NCBI GenBank assembly: GCA_964016885.1 | Contig: OZ024754.1 | Coordinates: 44,888,001 to 44,952,000, forward strand | Origin: Eledone cirrhosa | Taxonomy: Eukaryota | Direction of reading: 5' to 3' | Length of the DNA: 64,000 nucleotides | In this document: positions 43,663 to 56,815 of the stretch, piece after piece | Layout: each line of letters begins with the position of its first letter | How positions within the stretch are numbered: position 1 is the stretch's first letter | Notes under the pieces: model-generated | Database searches by the model: none | The model's input: only the letters and a program-made list of their open reading frames with translations | What the model was told of the DNA's origin: nothing | Program-made: the position numbers and the translations under genes

Positions 43663-44661
43663 ATATATTCCTACGGACTATGTGTAGGCTTCTACATAAC
43701 CTGGACATTATTTTCACAATTTGTAGAAAACTTATAATGAAACGATCGTTTGGAAAGAGAGATGTATTTTAATTATGTCTCATATAAAATAATACAACTG
43801 GCTATCCGCAAAATACGTATAGTTAGCACCCCAAACGTATAATTGGGATTATACTAAGGTATATCCTAATGTTTGTTGAGTGAGACGGAAACCGGTCGTA
43901 GTATTGCTTAAAGCTTTCTCTGTTAATGTATTAAATATTATACTCTTGATTTGGCCAGGGATGAATATTTCCAGATACTTTTTAGGTATGACTTTCCGTA
44001 TTTATTCTTTGTATGTAATATTGATTGTTCTTCCGGTATCTTATCTCTGTTTTTAGCCTAAGAAAATACCTATATGCGTGTATAAATAATACACGCATAT
44101 ATTTATTTTTTTATATCCAATTGAGTTCTTCACGCATGGTTAAAATTATTGAAAGAATTAATTGACCCGCGTGCATATTATTTTATTCTTTTATGTTTTG
44201 CGATGCTCTCCCCTTTCCGCTTGAAGGCAGTGTCAGATTTCTCATTGAGAGACTGCTGGAATTTCAAATTTGGCGGTCATTCTAGCACGGAAGGGTACCA
44301 TCGCTGAACATTAATATCGGTAAGGTTTTTTTTTTATATCGATATTTGTCGGACATCCACTGATGATTTATAAGTGCCCACCTACATATATTCCTACGGA
44401 CTATGTGTAGGCTTCTACATAACCTGGACATTATTTTCACAATTTGTAGAAAACTTATAATGAAACGATCGTTTGGAAAGAGAGATGTATTTTAATTATG
44501 TCTCATATAAAATAATACAACTGGCTATCCGCAAAATACGTATAGTTAGCACCCCAAACGTATAATTGGGATTATACTAAGGTATATCCTAATGTTTGTT
44601 GAGTGAGACGGAAGCCGGTCGGAGTATTGCTTAAAGCTTTCTCTGTTAATGTATTAAATAT
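43663..44661 (+). mobile_element. Partial-tandem (about 1.4 x 723 bp) hammerhead-bearing element, retrozyme/PLE-like (family C)
   Basis: Near-identical direct repeat 43663-43938 / ~44386-44661; GAAACGATCG at 43739 and 44462; ends in (TA)n; a diverged 3' end recurs at ~45885-45975. Confidence 0.65.
44356..44477 (+). ncRNA. Type I hammerhead ribozyme motif (family C) with minimal palindromic stem III and enlarged stem II
   Basis: tcca-CTGATGA-t-ttataagt[~77 nt]acttataa-t-GAAA-C-GATC-G-TT/tgga. Confidence 0.75.
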
Positions 44662-45573
44662 ATATATATATAGTAATAATAATAAATTTGAAGACTAAAA
44701 TCCAAAGAGGGCTCAATAAGGATAAATATATATCAAATATATAAGAACCGTAGAGCAAATATTTATTAATCTGTTATTTTAATAAATATATATATATGTT
44801 TTGGTTGACGTCGTCTCCGAACATTTTTGTTTTTACATGTAGGTATGTGTGTGCTCTTGTTATATACGTATTTATTTATTCTGGCAATATTACACAAATA
44901 TGACCCTCCCCAAGTATAACAATATTTATTTATTTATATACATTTATTTAATTATTTATTTATTTGTATATACGCACACACACACACACATATTTATATG
45001 CGCGTGGTTTTGTATACCTATGGCAAGTGTTTTCGCGTATGCTTGTGTATGTACGATTTTGCATGCGTGTATGTATTTATTTATTTTCTATTACCTCTGT
45101 ATTGTATTTTATTTACTTTATTCTTAACTCTGAAGCGGAGATTCATTCGGTTTCTTAGTTAGAATTTTAGTCTACGACTTCAGTTATACCATTTACGTGG
45201 TTTTGTCTTTGCGTGCAATTGTTCTCCACGCCCCACATATGACGTATTATCTTCGTTTTTTCTGTTCATTGCCAGACAACGTCTCTATGAACCACCTAAG
45301 AGAACATTAGTCTACGACTTCTTTTATACCATAAACGTGGTTCTGTCTTTGCGCGTAATTGGTTTTCACCGCTCCAAATAATTGTTTCTACTTTAGGCAC
45401 AAGGCCAGCAATTACCCAGTGCATTACCGCTCCAAATAATGACGTATTATATTCGTTTTTTCCCGTTCTTTGCCAGGGAATGTCTTCACGAACCAAAGTA
45501 TCGTCTTCCTGTCTTCCTCCGGTTGCAACGTTTTTTGAAATATCCACTTCTGCGTTTACAGTTTGATTTTGTT

Positions 45574-45624
45574 AGTTTCAGAAGATCCCGTTAAGGGTGA
45601 AAGCAGCGATTCTTTGCTTAAACT
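45574..45624 (+). ncRNA. Hammerhead ribozyme-like motif (family D) with a U4A core substitution
   Basis: agttt-CAGAAGA-t-ccc[gttaa]ggg-t-GAAA-gca[gcgattctt]tgc-TT/aaact: all three stems are perfect, with one core mismatch. Confidence 0.6.
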
Positions 45625-45664
45625 TTAATCTGTTATTTTAATATATATATATATATATATATAT

Positions 45665-45830
45665 AACTAAGGAATTGTGGTAAGGAACCAGATGGACCAT
45701 AACACACCAGAGTACTCAATACTTAGGGTAGTAGAGTGGGAAATAGGAAAAAGTATGACCCCGACGGCAGAGCTCAAGCCGTTTCGACGGCTATTTCTGG
45801 ACTAGTCCAGAAATAGCCGTCGAAACGGCT
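45665..45830 (-). mobile_element. Palindromic TA-flanked insert (family B), copy 1
   Basis: Perfect 54-bp palindrome 45777-45830 centred on GGACTAGTCC plus a ~110-nt tail shared with 58227-58430 and 58547-58700. Confidence 0.65.
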
Positions 45831-45831
45831 A

Positions 45832-45887
<56 letters not shown>

Positions 45888-45998
45888 CATAATACTTAAG
45901 TATATCCTAATGTTTGTTGAGTGAGATGGAGTTAGTCGGAGTATCGCTTAAGGCTTTCTCTGTTTATGTATTGTATATATATATATATATGTATCTAT

Positions 45999-46035
<37 letters not shown>

Positions 46036-46262
46036 CGTGTGTTTAATGGTAGCTATGGAGCTTCCATAGGCGGTATGCCAGTTGAGCACTCTATGTTCTT
46101 ACAGAGCAGAGTGTGATATAATATAAAAAAACGAAAAATCAGTGAGTCTAGATGCATCACTGATTTTTCGTTTTTTTTAATATTATATATACATATATAT
46201 ATAATATATATACATATATGTATGTATATACATATATGTATATATATTCGTTTTTTTTATAT

Positions 46263-46302
<40 letters not shown>

Positions 46303-46691
46303 TGTATGTATATACACACACACATATATATAATATATATATATGCTGTTTGTGTGAGAGACAGCGACTGTGTGTATATGTATGAGAGAGAGAGAAGGAG
46401 GAATAGATTGTGTGTAGGTTGGTGTATGAGAGGGGGGGGGTAGGTTGGTGTATGAGAGAGAGGAGCGAGTAGGTGGGTGTATGAGAGAGAGAGAGAGAGA
46501 GAGGAGGGGGAGTAGGAGGGGGTATGAGAAGCATAAAAAACAGAAATACAATAAACACAGTTTTAGGTTTGTTTTTATAGTTGTTCTGTTTCATTGAGAA
46601 TTGTAGGAAGAAAAATGAGGTAAAATGAAATAGTTTACCTGGCGTTGTTGGTGAGTCATAGAGACATACACAGCTGTTGGTTGGACTGTGA

Positions 46692-47161
46692 GACAGGGCC
46701 TGTGTGGGGGTCTAGGGGGTGTAGAGTAGACAGGGTCTGGATGTGTGGGCGTCTAGGGTGTGTAGAGTAGACAGGGTCTGGATCTGTGGGCGTCTCGGGT
46801 GTGTAGAGTAGACAGGGCTTGGATGTGTGGGGGACTAGGGTGTGTAGAGTAGACAGGGCCTGGATGTGTGGGGGTCTAGGGTGTGTAGAGTAGACAGGGC
46901 CTGGATGTGTGGGGGTCTAGGGTGTGTAGAGTAGACAGGGCCTGGATCTGTGGGGGTCTAGGGTGTGTAGAGTAGACAGGGCCTGGATGTGTGGGGGTCT
47001 AGGGTGTGTAGAGTAGACAGGGCCTGGATCTGTGGGGGTCTAGGGTGTGTAGAGTAGACAGGGTCTGGATGTGTGGGGGACTAGGGTGTGTAGAGTAGAC
47101 AGGGCCTGGATGTGTAGGGGTCTAGGGTGTGTAGAGTAGACAGGGTCTGGATGTGTGGGGG
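46692..47161. repeat. G-rich 41-bp minisatellite, ~11 copies
   Basis: Unit AGGGCCTGGATGTGTGGGGGTCTAGGGTGTGTAGAGTAGAC. Confidence 0.95.
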
Positions 47162-48661
47162 AAAGACTCGCGGGCCGCAGGTTGCCCTTGACTGGTAGTG
47201 TATGTCTATGTGTGTGTGTGTATGTTTGTGTGTATATGTGTGTGTGTATGTATGTGTATGTTTGTGTGTGTATATGTTTGTGTACACCCATATACACAGT
47301 TGTCTACATGGTACACCCATATACACATATACTGTCATACCCACATATACCCAATCACACGCACACACATACTTAACCTCACACACACATGTACATATAT
47401 ACCTACATATTTATCTACATACATACATGAATACATACATGAATACATACATATCTACATATATATTTAACAACATACATACTTATATACATACATATTT
47501 ATCTACATACATACATGAATACATACATGAATACATACATATCTACATATATATTTAACAACATACATACATATATACCTACATATTTATCTACATACAT
47601 ACATGAATACATACATGAATACATACATATCTACATATATATTTAACAACATACATACTTATATACATACATTCATACACACATATATACATACCTACAT
47701 ATATTCAGATGTATGTATTCATGAATACATACATTTTTACCAACACATACATTCATACCTACATACAAACATACACGTATATCTATGCATACATACATAT
47801 ATATATACTTACATACATACATACATACGTACATATATATATATACATACATACTTACATACATTCATACATATATACATACATACATACATACGTACAT
47901 ACATGGTGGTGGCTGCCAACTCGTTTTCGAGTACGGCCACTACTTTAAATCCATGTAGGAGAACCCCTACCGATGCGCTGAACGTATATACATACATACT
48001 TACACACATACATACATACATACTTACATACATACATACATATATACATACATACATACTTACATACATACATATATATATATACATACATACTTATATA
48101 CATACATATATACATACATACATCATATATACATACATACTTACATACATATATATATATACATACATACACACACAGTCATTCAGAAATACAAACACAA
48201 ATGCGTTTCTTTCTGTTGTGTGTCACACACAGGTAGCGAATTAAATTGATTGATTTGGACAGGTTATGAAAAGTTTAGAAATGTTCGCTGTGACATTAAC
48301 CTTCTCACCTTCCTTTCCTCTCTCCAGGTCACCTTCTATTGATTCACAATATACGTGAAATCTTTATGTACTGTCAGCAAGGTACCGGGGAATCTCTATA
48401 GGCTAAATCCCCTCCCCCCATAGCCTGCGGGAGATTAAGGTAAGGTGAGGTCTGTGACTTGGTATAGGAGACCTTTGTGTAGGGTTTGTCGCACTTGGTG
48501 GTGAATTGATGGTCGTTTGTGTTTTTATTTCTGCCCCCCATCGTTCTCTCTGTTTTCTTTTTTTTTCTTCCTCTCTGAGGGTATTACGTGGCCGTAAGGG
48601 CCTCGGGTGGCCCCAAAAGTTTGAGAACCTCTGCTCTACAAACACACACACACATTATATG

Positions 48662-48722
<61 letters not shown>

Positions 48723-48992
48723 TCTTTTACCGGTTCCAGCCATCCGGCTGAGGCCATGCTGGGGCATCATATTCGTTATTCAATTTAATGAGAATATCTG
48801 CGGCGTTCCAATGGTGGCGGACAAACAGAAAACACTGAAAAATTCCATATATTAAACAAATTCCAAAACTGGATGTAATTAACAATATTTACCATACATT
48901 ATAGGAGTCGTATTTTACTATAGGTTTCACCGGAAAACATTTGAAAGAAAATATGTTTATCTCTCTCTCTATATATATATATACATATAGGA

Positions 48993-49203
<211 letters not shown>

Positions 49204-49224
49204 TATATATATATATATACACAC

Positions 49225-49256
<32 letters not shown>

Positions 49257-50011
49257 TCATACACACACACACATATATATATATTCATTTTGTCTTTACC
49301 CCAAATTCTCCGTTGTCTATCTGTCGTAGACATTCCTGGAATTCCCGCTATCTCGCAGTTACCGTAACCTCATTACATTATATCTTCGTTAGATATTTCC
49401 TGCTTACTTTGAAATTGGTAACTTTAGCAAAGATTTAGCATAATTTTGGTTTTAGAGTTGTTTTTGAAGATAGATCAACATTGAACGAGTGTGTTGCTGA
49501 TTGTTGGCTGATTACAGGCTTTTAACTTCTTATTGTTTGTTATTCTGGGAAATTATATACACACACATGCACATGTATACACATAGGTACATGTATACAC
49601 ACACACATATTCACACACTTGCACAGTTATGCAGACACAAACACTCATATACACACAAACATGCACATGTATACACACATACACACACGTACGGACGTAT
49701 GCACTCATATACATACATATCTTTCTAAATATGTTATATGTATGTGTTCGCGCTTGTACACGTATATATGCATATACGTATGTACGCACACACATATATG
49801 CATATAAACATACCTACACACACACATACATATATATATATACCCACCTTCAAAGAAATTCTACACACACACATGTATGTATGTATATATAGTGCAGTCT
49901 TTCCTCACTTTAAAAAAAATCTTCACGCGCATAAATTGTACGATAGCATTAATTGATAATTATTAATGTCATATCGTACAATGGGCATACTCGATAACGA
50001 GGACACAGCCA

Positions 50012-50075
<64 letters not shown>

Positions 50076-51168
50076 AGTATCTACTATGCGAAGCCGAGAA
50101 AATCCACAAATCAAGGTAGTACGTTTTTTTTCTCAGTTTTTACCCACCTCTCCCTTTTTGAGAACTAAACCCCGTCATTTTTCTTAAATTCCCGGACATT
50201 GTTCCAAATATTGAGACGCGCAGAACGTTTGCACTATATTCTTTAGATTACGATTGAAAATCCCAAGAAATTCCATTGGAATCTCACGTTTGAAACATAT
50301 AATAATGGAAATATTGGATAGAGTGGAATATTGAGATATCTCGGAAGCTGTTGAACCACAAAACAATATTAGGTCGATTATTTGCAATCTAAAGAGTTTC
50401 ATGAAATAGACAAAATTAACAATTAAATAAAAAATCGATAATGAATACATTTGAAATAAAGAAGCAACAAAACAAAGACATTTTTTTTCGCTCAAAAAAT
50501 ACAAATATTTTTATTGATTATGTTTCAAGATTTGAAAGACAAGTTGGCAGGAATGTAATATTTTAAAAGGGAGTGGGAGGTAGGGAGTGGGGGAAGTGAT
50601 TAGCCTCTCACACGATGATGATGATGATAATCATCATCATCATCATTATCGACTAGTAAACAAAGATTATTAAATACAAAGTGTTTCAAAAAATGTGATA
50701 TAAATGTCCTGTTTCCTAGGTTGTAACATTAAAATATCGTGAATTAGTGTTATTAATGTTGACAAATTTCAAGAAATAAATCTTCTGTTACTCAGCATTA
50801 AGACTCCTCAGTCTCGTTGTCCTAGACGACGTAGTTTCTGGGAGATTTACATCTCAAATTGTTCGAAACACTTTGTATTTCCACATAAAATAATAATGAT
50901 AATTCAGAACGCTAGTGCTACTACTTATAAGGTTTTCTTTTCATAGGCACAAGGCTATATATATTTTTTTGAAGAAGGGGTGTGTGTAATCGATGTAATC
51001 GACCCCAGTATATGACTGGTACCACGGAAGGAAGAAAGGCCAAAGTGGACCTGTGCGGAATTTGAACTCAGAACGTAAAGAGGTGTATCTAAATACCACA
51101 AGGTATTTTGTCCGACGTTCTGTCGACTCTGCCGCCATCCAACCTCCACCGATGATAATGATAATATT

Positions 51169-51204
<36 letters not shown>

Positions 51205-51737
51205 ATAATAATAATAATATAATCGAGTATCACTATAAGGCTACACATTTTTTGGGGGAGACATGTAAAAACGATCATATCAACACCGGTATTTCACTGG
51301 TGCTCTTTTCTGTTTATCGACCCCTTAAAATGATGAAAGGCAAAGTCGACTTCGTCGGGATTGGAACTAAGAACATAAAAACGTAAATACAGAAAGGTAT
51401 TTCTGTCGAGAAGGCCCTATATTGTAGTTTTATGGGGGAAAAAGGAATAAAATGAGACGTGAGGATGTTTATGCCTTTCTCGAGGGCATTAGCTGCGGTA
51501 GTGAAGCCGGAAGTTGAATCAAAGTCATGTAATCCATTAAGTTTACCGTACACCTAGCTTAACACCTCGACACTTTAAGGCCGCAGATTTATAGCGATGA
51601 TAGTGGGAAACGAGATTATGGGATGATGTTTATATTGTTTCTTAAGAACATCTTTGATATAAACGAGCAAAGGGGAAAATGACAACAACCGGAAATCAAA
51701 CCCGGTTCGCCGGAAGCTATACTTAGTTTCTGTAAAG

Positions 51738-51825
<88 letters not shown>

Positions 51826-52964
51826 TATACGGCGTTCTTCGGAAGATTTCATTAAAGTTTAATATCCAAATAGAGATTATATGATTTGATTTGATAATCT
51901 GTTTTCGTTTCTCTATAAACATTTGTATTTGTTATGAATGAAAAATGGATCAAAAATACTAACTATAACTTTGATAACAGACATCGTTATCATCACCATC
52001 ATCATCATTAACAAGAACAACAATAACAATAACATTCTGGAGTAACAAGAAGATAGAATTAAGAATATTTTCTAACATTGGTAGAATGCCAAAAAAAAAA
52101 AAAAAAGAAATTATTTAGGAAGATTTTTTTTCGTATATATATTTAATTTAATCTACACCAGTATTTGACTGGTACCTATTTTATCGATACGCCCGGAAGA
52201 AAAAATATGGCAAAATCGATCATGGTAGGATTTCAATCGAGAACAAGGGGCCATACTAAGAACTGCAAGACTCATTTATTTATCACCCTACCATTGTTTT
52301 GTGTTTTTCAAAAACTTTCCACCATTTGTTTAATATTTGGCGCGAGACCACACATTTATAGGGAAGGAATTTAGTCAATTTATTCGACCCAGTGCACAAC
52401 TGGTACCATTTAAAAAAAAATCATACTTGGACGATGGAAAGGCAAGGTCAACTCTGACGAAGCAGTCAGTACGGGACTCCATACGATTCAGTTGTATCAA
52501 AAAATTATTAACCCGTCTGTCAGAGTAAAGAGGTGACATTATCTCTTATTGGCACCACGAGACAACACATTGGTGGAGCTATATCATCGATTTAGTATAC
52601 CCCACCCCAACCACTTCATGGCTGGGTCCTATTTTCTTTAATTGATCCTTGGAAAGATGACAGACAAACGACTTTGGTGTAATTTGAACTCAGAACATAA
52701 CATTAAAGACAAAAACAAATACCGCAAGTTATTTATTTCGACACCTTACTATTAAGCTACCTGGTATAATTCATATACCAGTTGATGTCTAATCTAGGGA
52801 ACTGGCCACATATTGGGGTGCTAGAAGTGAAGACGTTAATATCAAGCTAGTCTGGACGTGGACTTAAGTTTCTCTCTCAACCTAAGGAAAGTAGAAAGGT
52901 CAAGTTAAAATGCAGAACAAGGACGCAACGTTTCTGTCGCCCGTTTTACCAATCTTAATATAAA

Positions 52965-53180
52965 TATTGGTTTCAGATTTAGGCACAAGGTCAGCAATGT
53001 TTGGGGAGGGGAAAGTCGATTAAGTCGACACCCAGTGTATTACTGGTACTTTATTTTATCGACCACGTAAGGACGAAAGAGAAAGCTAACCTCGGTGGAA
53101 TTTGATTTTAGAACGTAAAGGGACGTAACTTAGCCACGAAGCATAGTGTCCGATGCTCTACCGATCCTGCCAATCCACTA
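52965..53180 (-). mobile_element. Full-length copy of the same SINE with a ~16-bp target-site duplication
   Basis: Flanks TACCAATCTTAATATA / TACCAATATTAATATA. Confidence 0.75.
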
Positions 53181-53639
53181 GCCTACCAATATTAATATAG
53201 AATAAATATTAATAATAAACATACAAAAATCTATAGAAGAACCGTATTGTTTGAAAAAGATCAATAATGTAATTGATTCTATATTTCTGAAGAAAAAAAA
53301 CATATTCCTCTAAAACAACAAAAAACAGACAAACAACAAACAAACATCTGTACTAAAAAATATGTTATCACTCATGTAAAGAATTGCTGTAGGTGGAGAT
53401 TGTAGGAATGAGAATGTGATACATTCATGCCTTTCTCAAAGACATTAACAGTGTGAAGAGAATAAAAGTGAAATGAACTGCAGTCCATTTAGTCTACAGT
53501 GAAACCTCCACAAAAGGCGTGCACCTACATTAATGACTGGTATTTGCAAATGTGTATTTAGTTGAACAGTAATAACATAATAGTATTGCTGGTGTTCAAG
53601 TGGTTAGTTAACTGTAGTGTTTTATAACTAGAAAAGCAA

Positions 53640-53681
<42 letters not shown>

Positions 53682-54064
53682 CATAATATGTATATATTTG
53701 ACAATATATGTAAATATATATGACGCAATATATATATATATATATAAATATATGTATATATATGACGCAATATAATATATATATATATATACAAGCGCAT
53801 AAAAAATGGGACGAAGGTAAGGTCTCCTATTTAACCTAACAATGGTTAAATACCTTAGAAATGCCCATTAATTAAAGTGAAAAGAGAAACTCCCACAAAG
53901 CTCATAACACCATCTTCTTGCTCCACAAAGAACAAAAGAATTAAGAAAATAAAGATCAGTTTACATTGGCAAAACCATCACAAAACAGCATAAGTTCCTT
54001 CATTAACCCTCATTACTTAAAAATTCAGTGAATTTCAGTATAAATCTCGTTTCCTCATATTTAA

Positions 54065-54295
54065 CCCTTTAGCCTTTAAACAGAACATATGCGGCCAGAA
54101 TTCTCTCACCTTCTTCTGTTCAAATCGACCGTAACTAGCCACTCATACTGATGTTAAGGTATTGTTCTCAAAATAAATTACATCAAAATCTCGTAGATTC
54201 GATATTATGTGAAATATGTGAGATATTATGTGAAATAAAGCCTTTACCACAAAAATACAATATTATATATATAGAGTAATGCACATACTAAAGGG
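54065..54295 (+). mobile_element. Unexpanded piggyBac-like MITE downstream of the RhoU stop
   Basis: TTAA|CCCTTTAG...CTAAAGGG|TTAA. Confidence 0.8.
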
Positions 54296-54524
54296 TTAAA
54301 TCTAACAATATCTCGTCCTTTTGTTTCTCCATAACAAATCTCGGTCATTAAACCGCTGAAGATCAAGCAGGACCTTATCAGAACATACATCTTTCCTATT
54401 ATATTCACACACGATAGCGTATAATTTGCGTTAAACCATATATCTTATCGTTACTTATACTTCAAAAGGTACGAACACCACCTCTAGAACATATCTTCTT
54501 TCGTTTATATTCACACACACAAAC

Positions 54525-54574
<50 letters not shown>

Positions 54575-54906
54575 ATGTATATTATATTATATATTATATA
54601 ACAATATTTTGTATATTTACCCTTAAAAAATAAATCTCCTCCAAGATAGAGGAAGAACGAATCCGTTTTTGTCCATTTTACCACAAGTTCATACGTTGTA
54701 ACCCCAGCCTCCCCAACAAAGGAAGAAAAGGAAAAAAGTAATAATTAAAAAAAATATAAACACACATCGGTCCTCTCTCTCCTCTTCCACCATGTTACTC
54801 TCTATCCCCTTCCTCCCTCCCTCTCTCTCTCACACACACACTCACTCCCTTTCACACATACAGGCACAGGGTTTCTCTCACACGAGTTCTTTTTTTGTTT
54901 GACTTT

Positions 54907-55377
54907 CTAAAACACACAGAAAAACTTTTTCCATCCCTTTTTCCTTTTATGAGGTGGTACATCTGGGTTGATCTTTTTTAATTTCGATTTGCCCGAAGGC
55001 ACATTAGGTAGAGTCGGTTTACCAAGGTTCAAAGCTGAAATGATTGCACTGTCAAAAACCTCTTTCAGGTTCTTTTGTGTCAGCGCCGAGCACTCGATGT
55101 ACAAAGAGGCCCCAATTTGACAGGCGAGGCGATGGGCGTCAGTTTCCGCAATTGGGGCCTCTTTGTAGCGAGCCAGTTCAATGAGGATTTTCACATCATT
55201 CCTGAGATCGCACTGAGTACCGATTAAGATGATAGGAGTTTTAGGAGAATGTTTTCGCACCTCTGGTAACCATTTGTCAAGAATGTTGTGGAAGGATGAA
55301 GGACAGACCACGCTGAAGCAAAGCAGAAAGACATCTGTGTTTGGGTAACAGAGAGGACGCAGCGAATCAAAATCGTC
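54907..55377 (-). CDS. RHOU: RhoU/RhoV (Wrch1/Chp)-family atypical Rho GTPase, last coding exon
   Basis: AG acceptor at 55379-55378; 157 codons DDFDSLRPLCYPNTDVFLLCFSVV...IILIGTQCDLR...YIECSALTQKNLKEVFDSAI...KKGWKKFFCVF*. The TQxD G4 variant and WKKFFCxx tail are diagnostic of RhoU/V. Confidence 0.93.
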   Translation of the reverse strand, partial: DDFDSLRPLCYPNTDVFLLCFSVVCPSSFHNILDKWLPEVRKHSPKTPIILIGTQCDLRNDVKILIELARYKEAPIAETDAHRLACQIGASLYIECSALTQKNLKEVFDSAIISALNLGKPTLPNVPSGKSKLKKINPDVPPHKRKKGWKKFFCVF

Positions 55378-56183
55378 CTAAATTGGTGAGAAAAAGAAAA
55401 AGAAGAAAGAAAACCATTAGCGAAAGATAAATAATAATAATAATAATATTTATGTTTATTTGAACAGCCTTATAATTATTTTATTTGCAGAAATATTTCT
55501 ACAACGCAATAAGGAAGAAGAAAACGAAAAGAAATAAAACGAAAGAAGAAATTAAAAAACGAAAGGTTGCCTGTGTATTTAGGGTTCATATTGATACCAC
55601 CAGTATTTCATTGAATCACATACAATATATATAATATATGTTTCTCCTTTGCTATCCTGTCTCGATTTTGTACTGCTGAAGAAGGACGTTATTTAAAGAA
55701 GATTTGGTTACTATTTCTAGCAGATCAAGCGATCATTGTAGTTAAAATTTATATAAAACATCAGACAAAATGCATTCTCCAGTGTTTGAATGAATAAATT
55801 GCTATGATGTTCAATAGAAAATCATATTAGACATTATAATCAGCAATTTGAGAGATAAAAGAAGAGAAAACAGCCCCATAGTTACATTTCTCGCTGTTCT
55901 AACTTCAAACACAGCTGATGTCAACTTTACCTTTCATCTCATATTAGTTCGATAAAAAGAATTGTGTGTATTGAGTCGTGTTAGTTATACGTGGTCTCAG
56001 AAAATAATATAAACAAAATGCCGAGATATTAAAATAATATGAAAATAACCGAAAAGACGATAGATGTCGTCTTGTAGGATTAGGTTTTAGTGTAGTTCTG
56101 TATAAATAATTGAGGTATGAGAGATAGGTAGATATTTATGTAGATAGAAGGACAGATAAATAGATAGTTGGATAAGTATCTAC

Positions 56184-56216
<33 letters not shown>

Positions 56217-56624
56217 GAGAGGGAGAGAGAATAATAAGCAGATTATTTCTAAGTTTGGCACAAGGCCACCAATTTAAAGGGAGGGGAAAGTCGATTAAAT
56301 CGACCTCACTGGGTTACTGATACCCGTAAGGATGGAAGCCAAAGTAGACAGTGCCATTTCAACGCAAAAGGTCAAACGTCGCAAAGGATTTTGCTTGACG
56401 CTCTACCGATTCTGGCTATCTATCAACCTCTTGTTTTGTATAATAATAACTTCTACTTTAGGAAATGCCAGCAGTTTTTTAGGTGAGGGCAAAGTCGATT
56501 ATATTGACCACAGTGTATTACTGGTACTTTGTTATCGAACTCAGACCTTAAAGGACCGTAACTCTATGCCACAATGCAGGGTGTCCGACGCTCTACCGAT
56601 ACTGCCAACCCGCCACACTTTTGT

Positions 56625-56815
56625 ATAATAATTGTTTCTACTTTTTGGCACAAGGCCAGCAATTACCCAGTGTATTACTGGTACTTTATTTTATCGACCC
56701 CGTAAGGATGAGAGGCAAAGTTAACCTCGGCGGGATTTGAACTCAGAATCGCAAGGGTCGTAACTCTATGCATCAAAGCATGGCGTCCGACCCTCTACCG
56801 ATGCTGCCAATCCAC
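56625..56815 (-). mobile_element. tRNA-derived SINE, representative of the most abundant family
   Basis: A box TGGCAGCATCGG, B box GAGTTCAAATCC, core TTTGCCTTTCATCC...GTCGATAAAATAAAGTACCAG, tail TGGCCTTGTGCC...TAGAAAC. Other copies at ~3845-4060, 4265-4432, 5930-6050, 22128-22290, 42066-42200(-), 43358-43435, 50935-51145(-), 51290-51390(-), 56250-56620(-), 57755-58035, 63365-63480. Confidence 0.85.

Noticed and set aside
50795-50845. Minus-strand GAAAC...GTC...CTGAGGA
   Set aside because: Stems I and II cannot be paired consistently.
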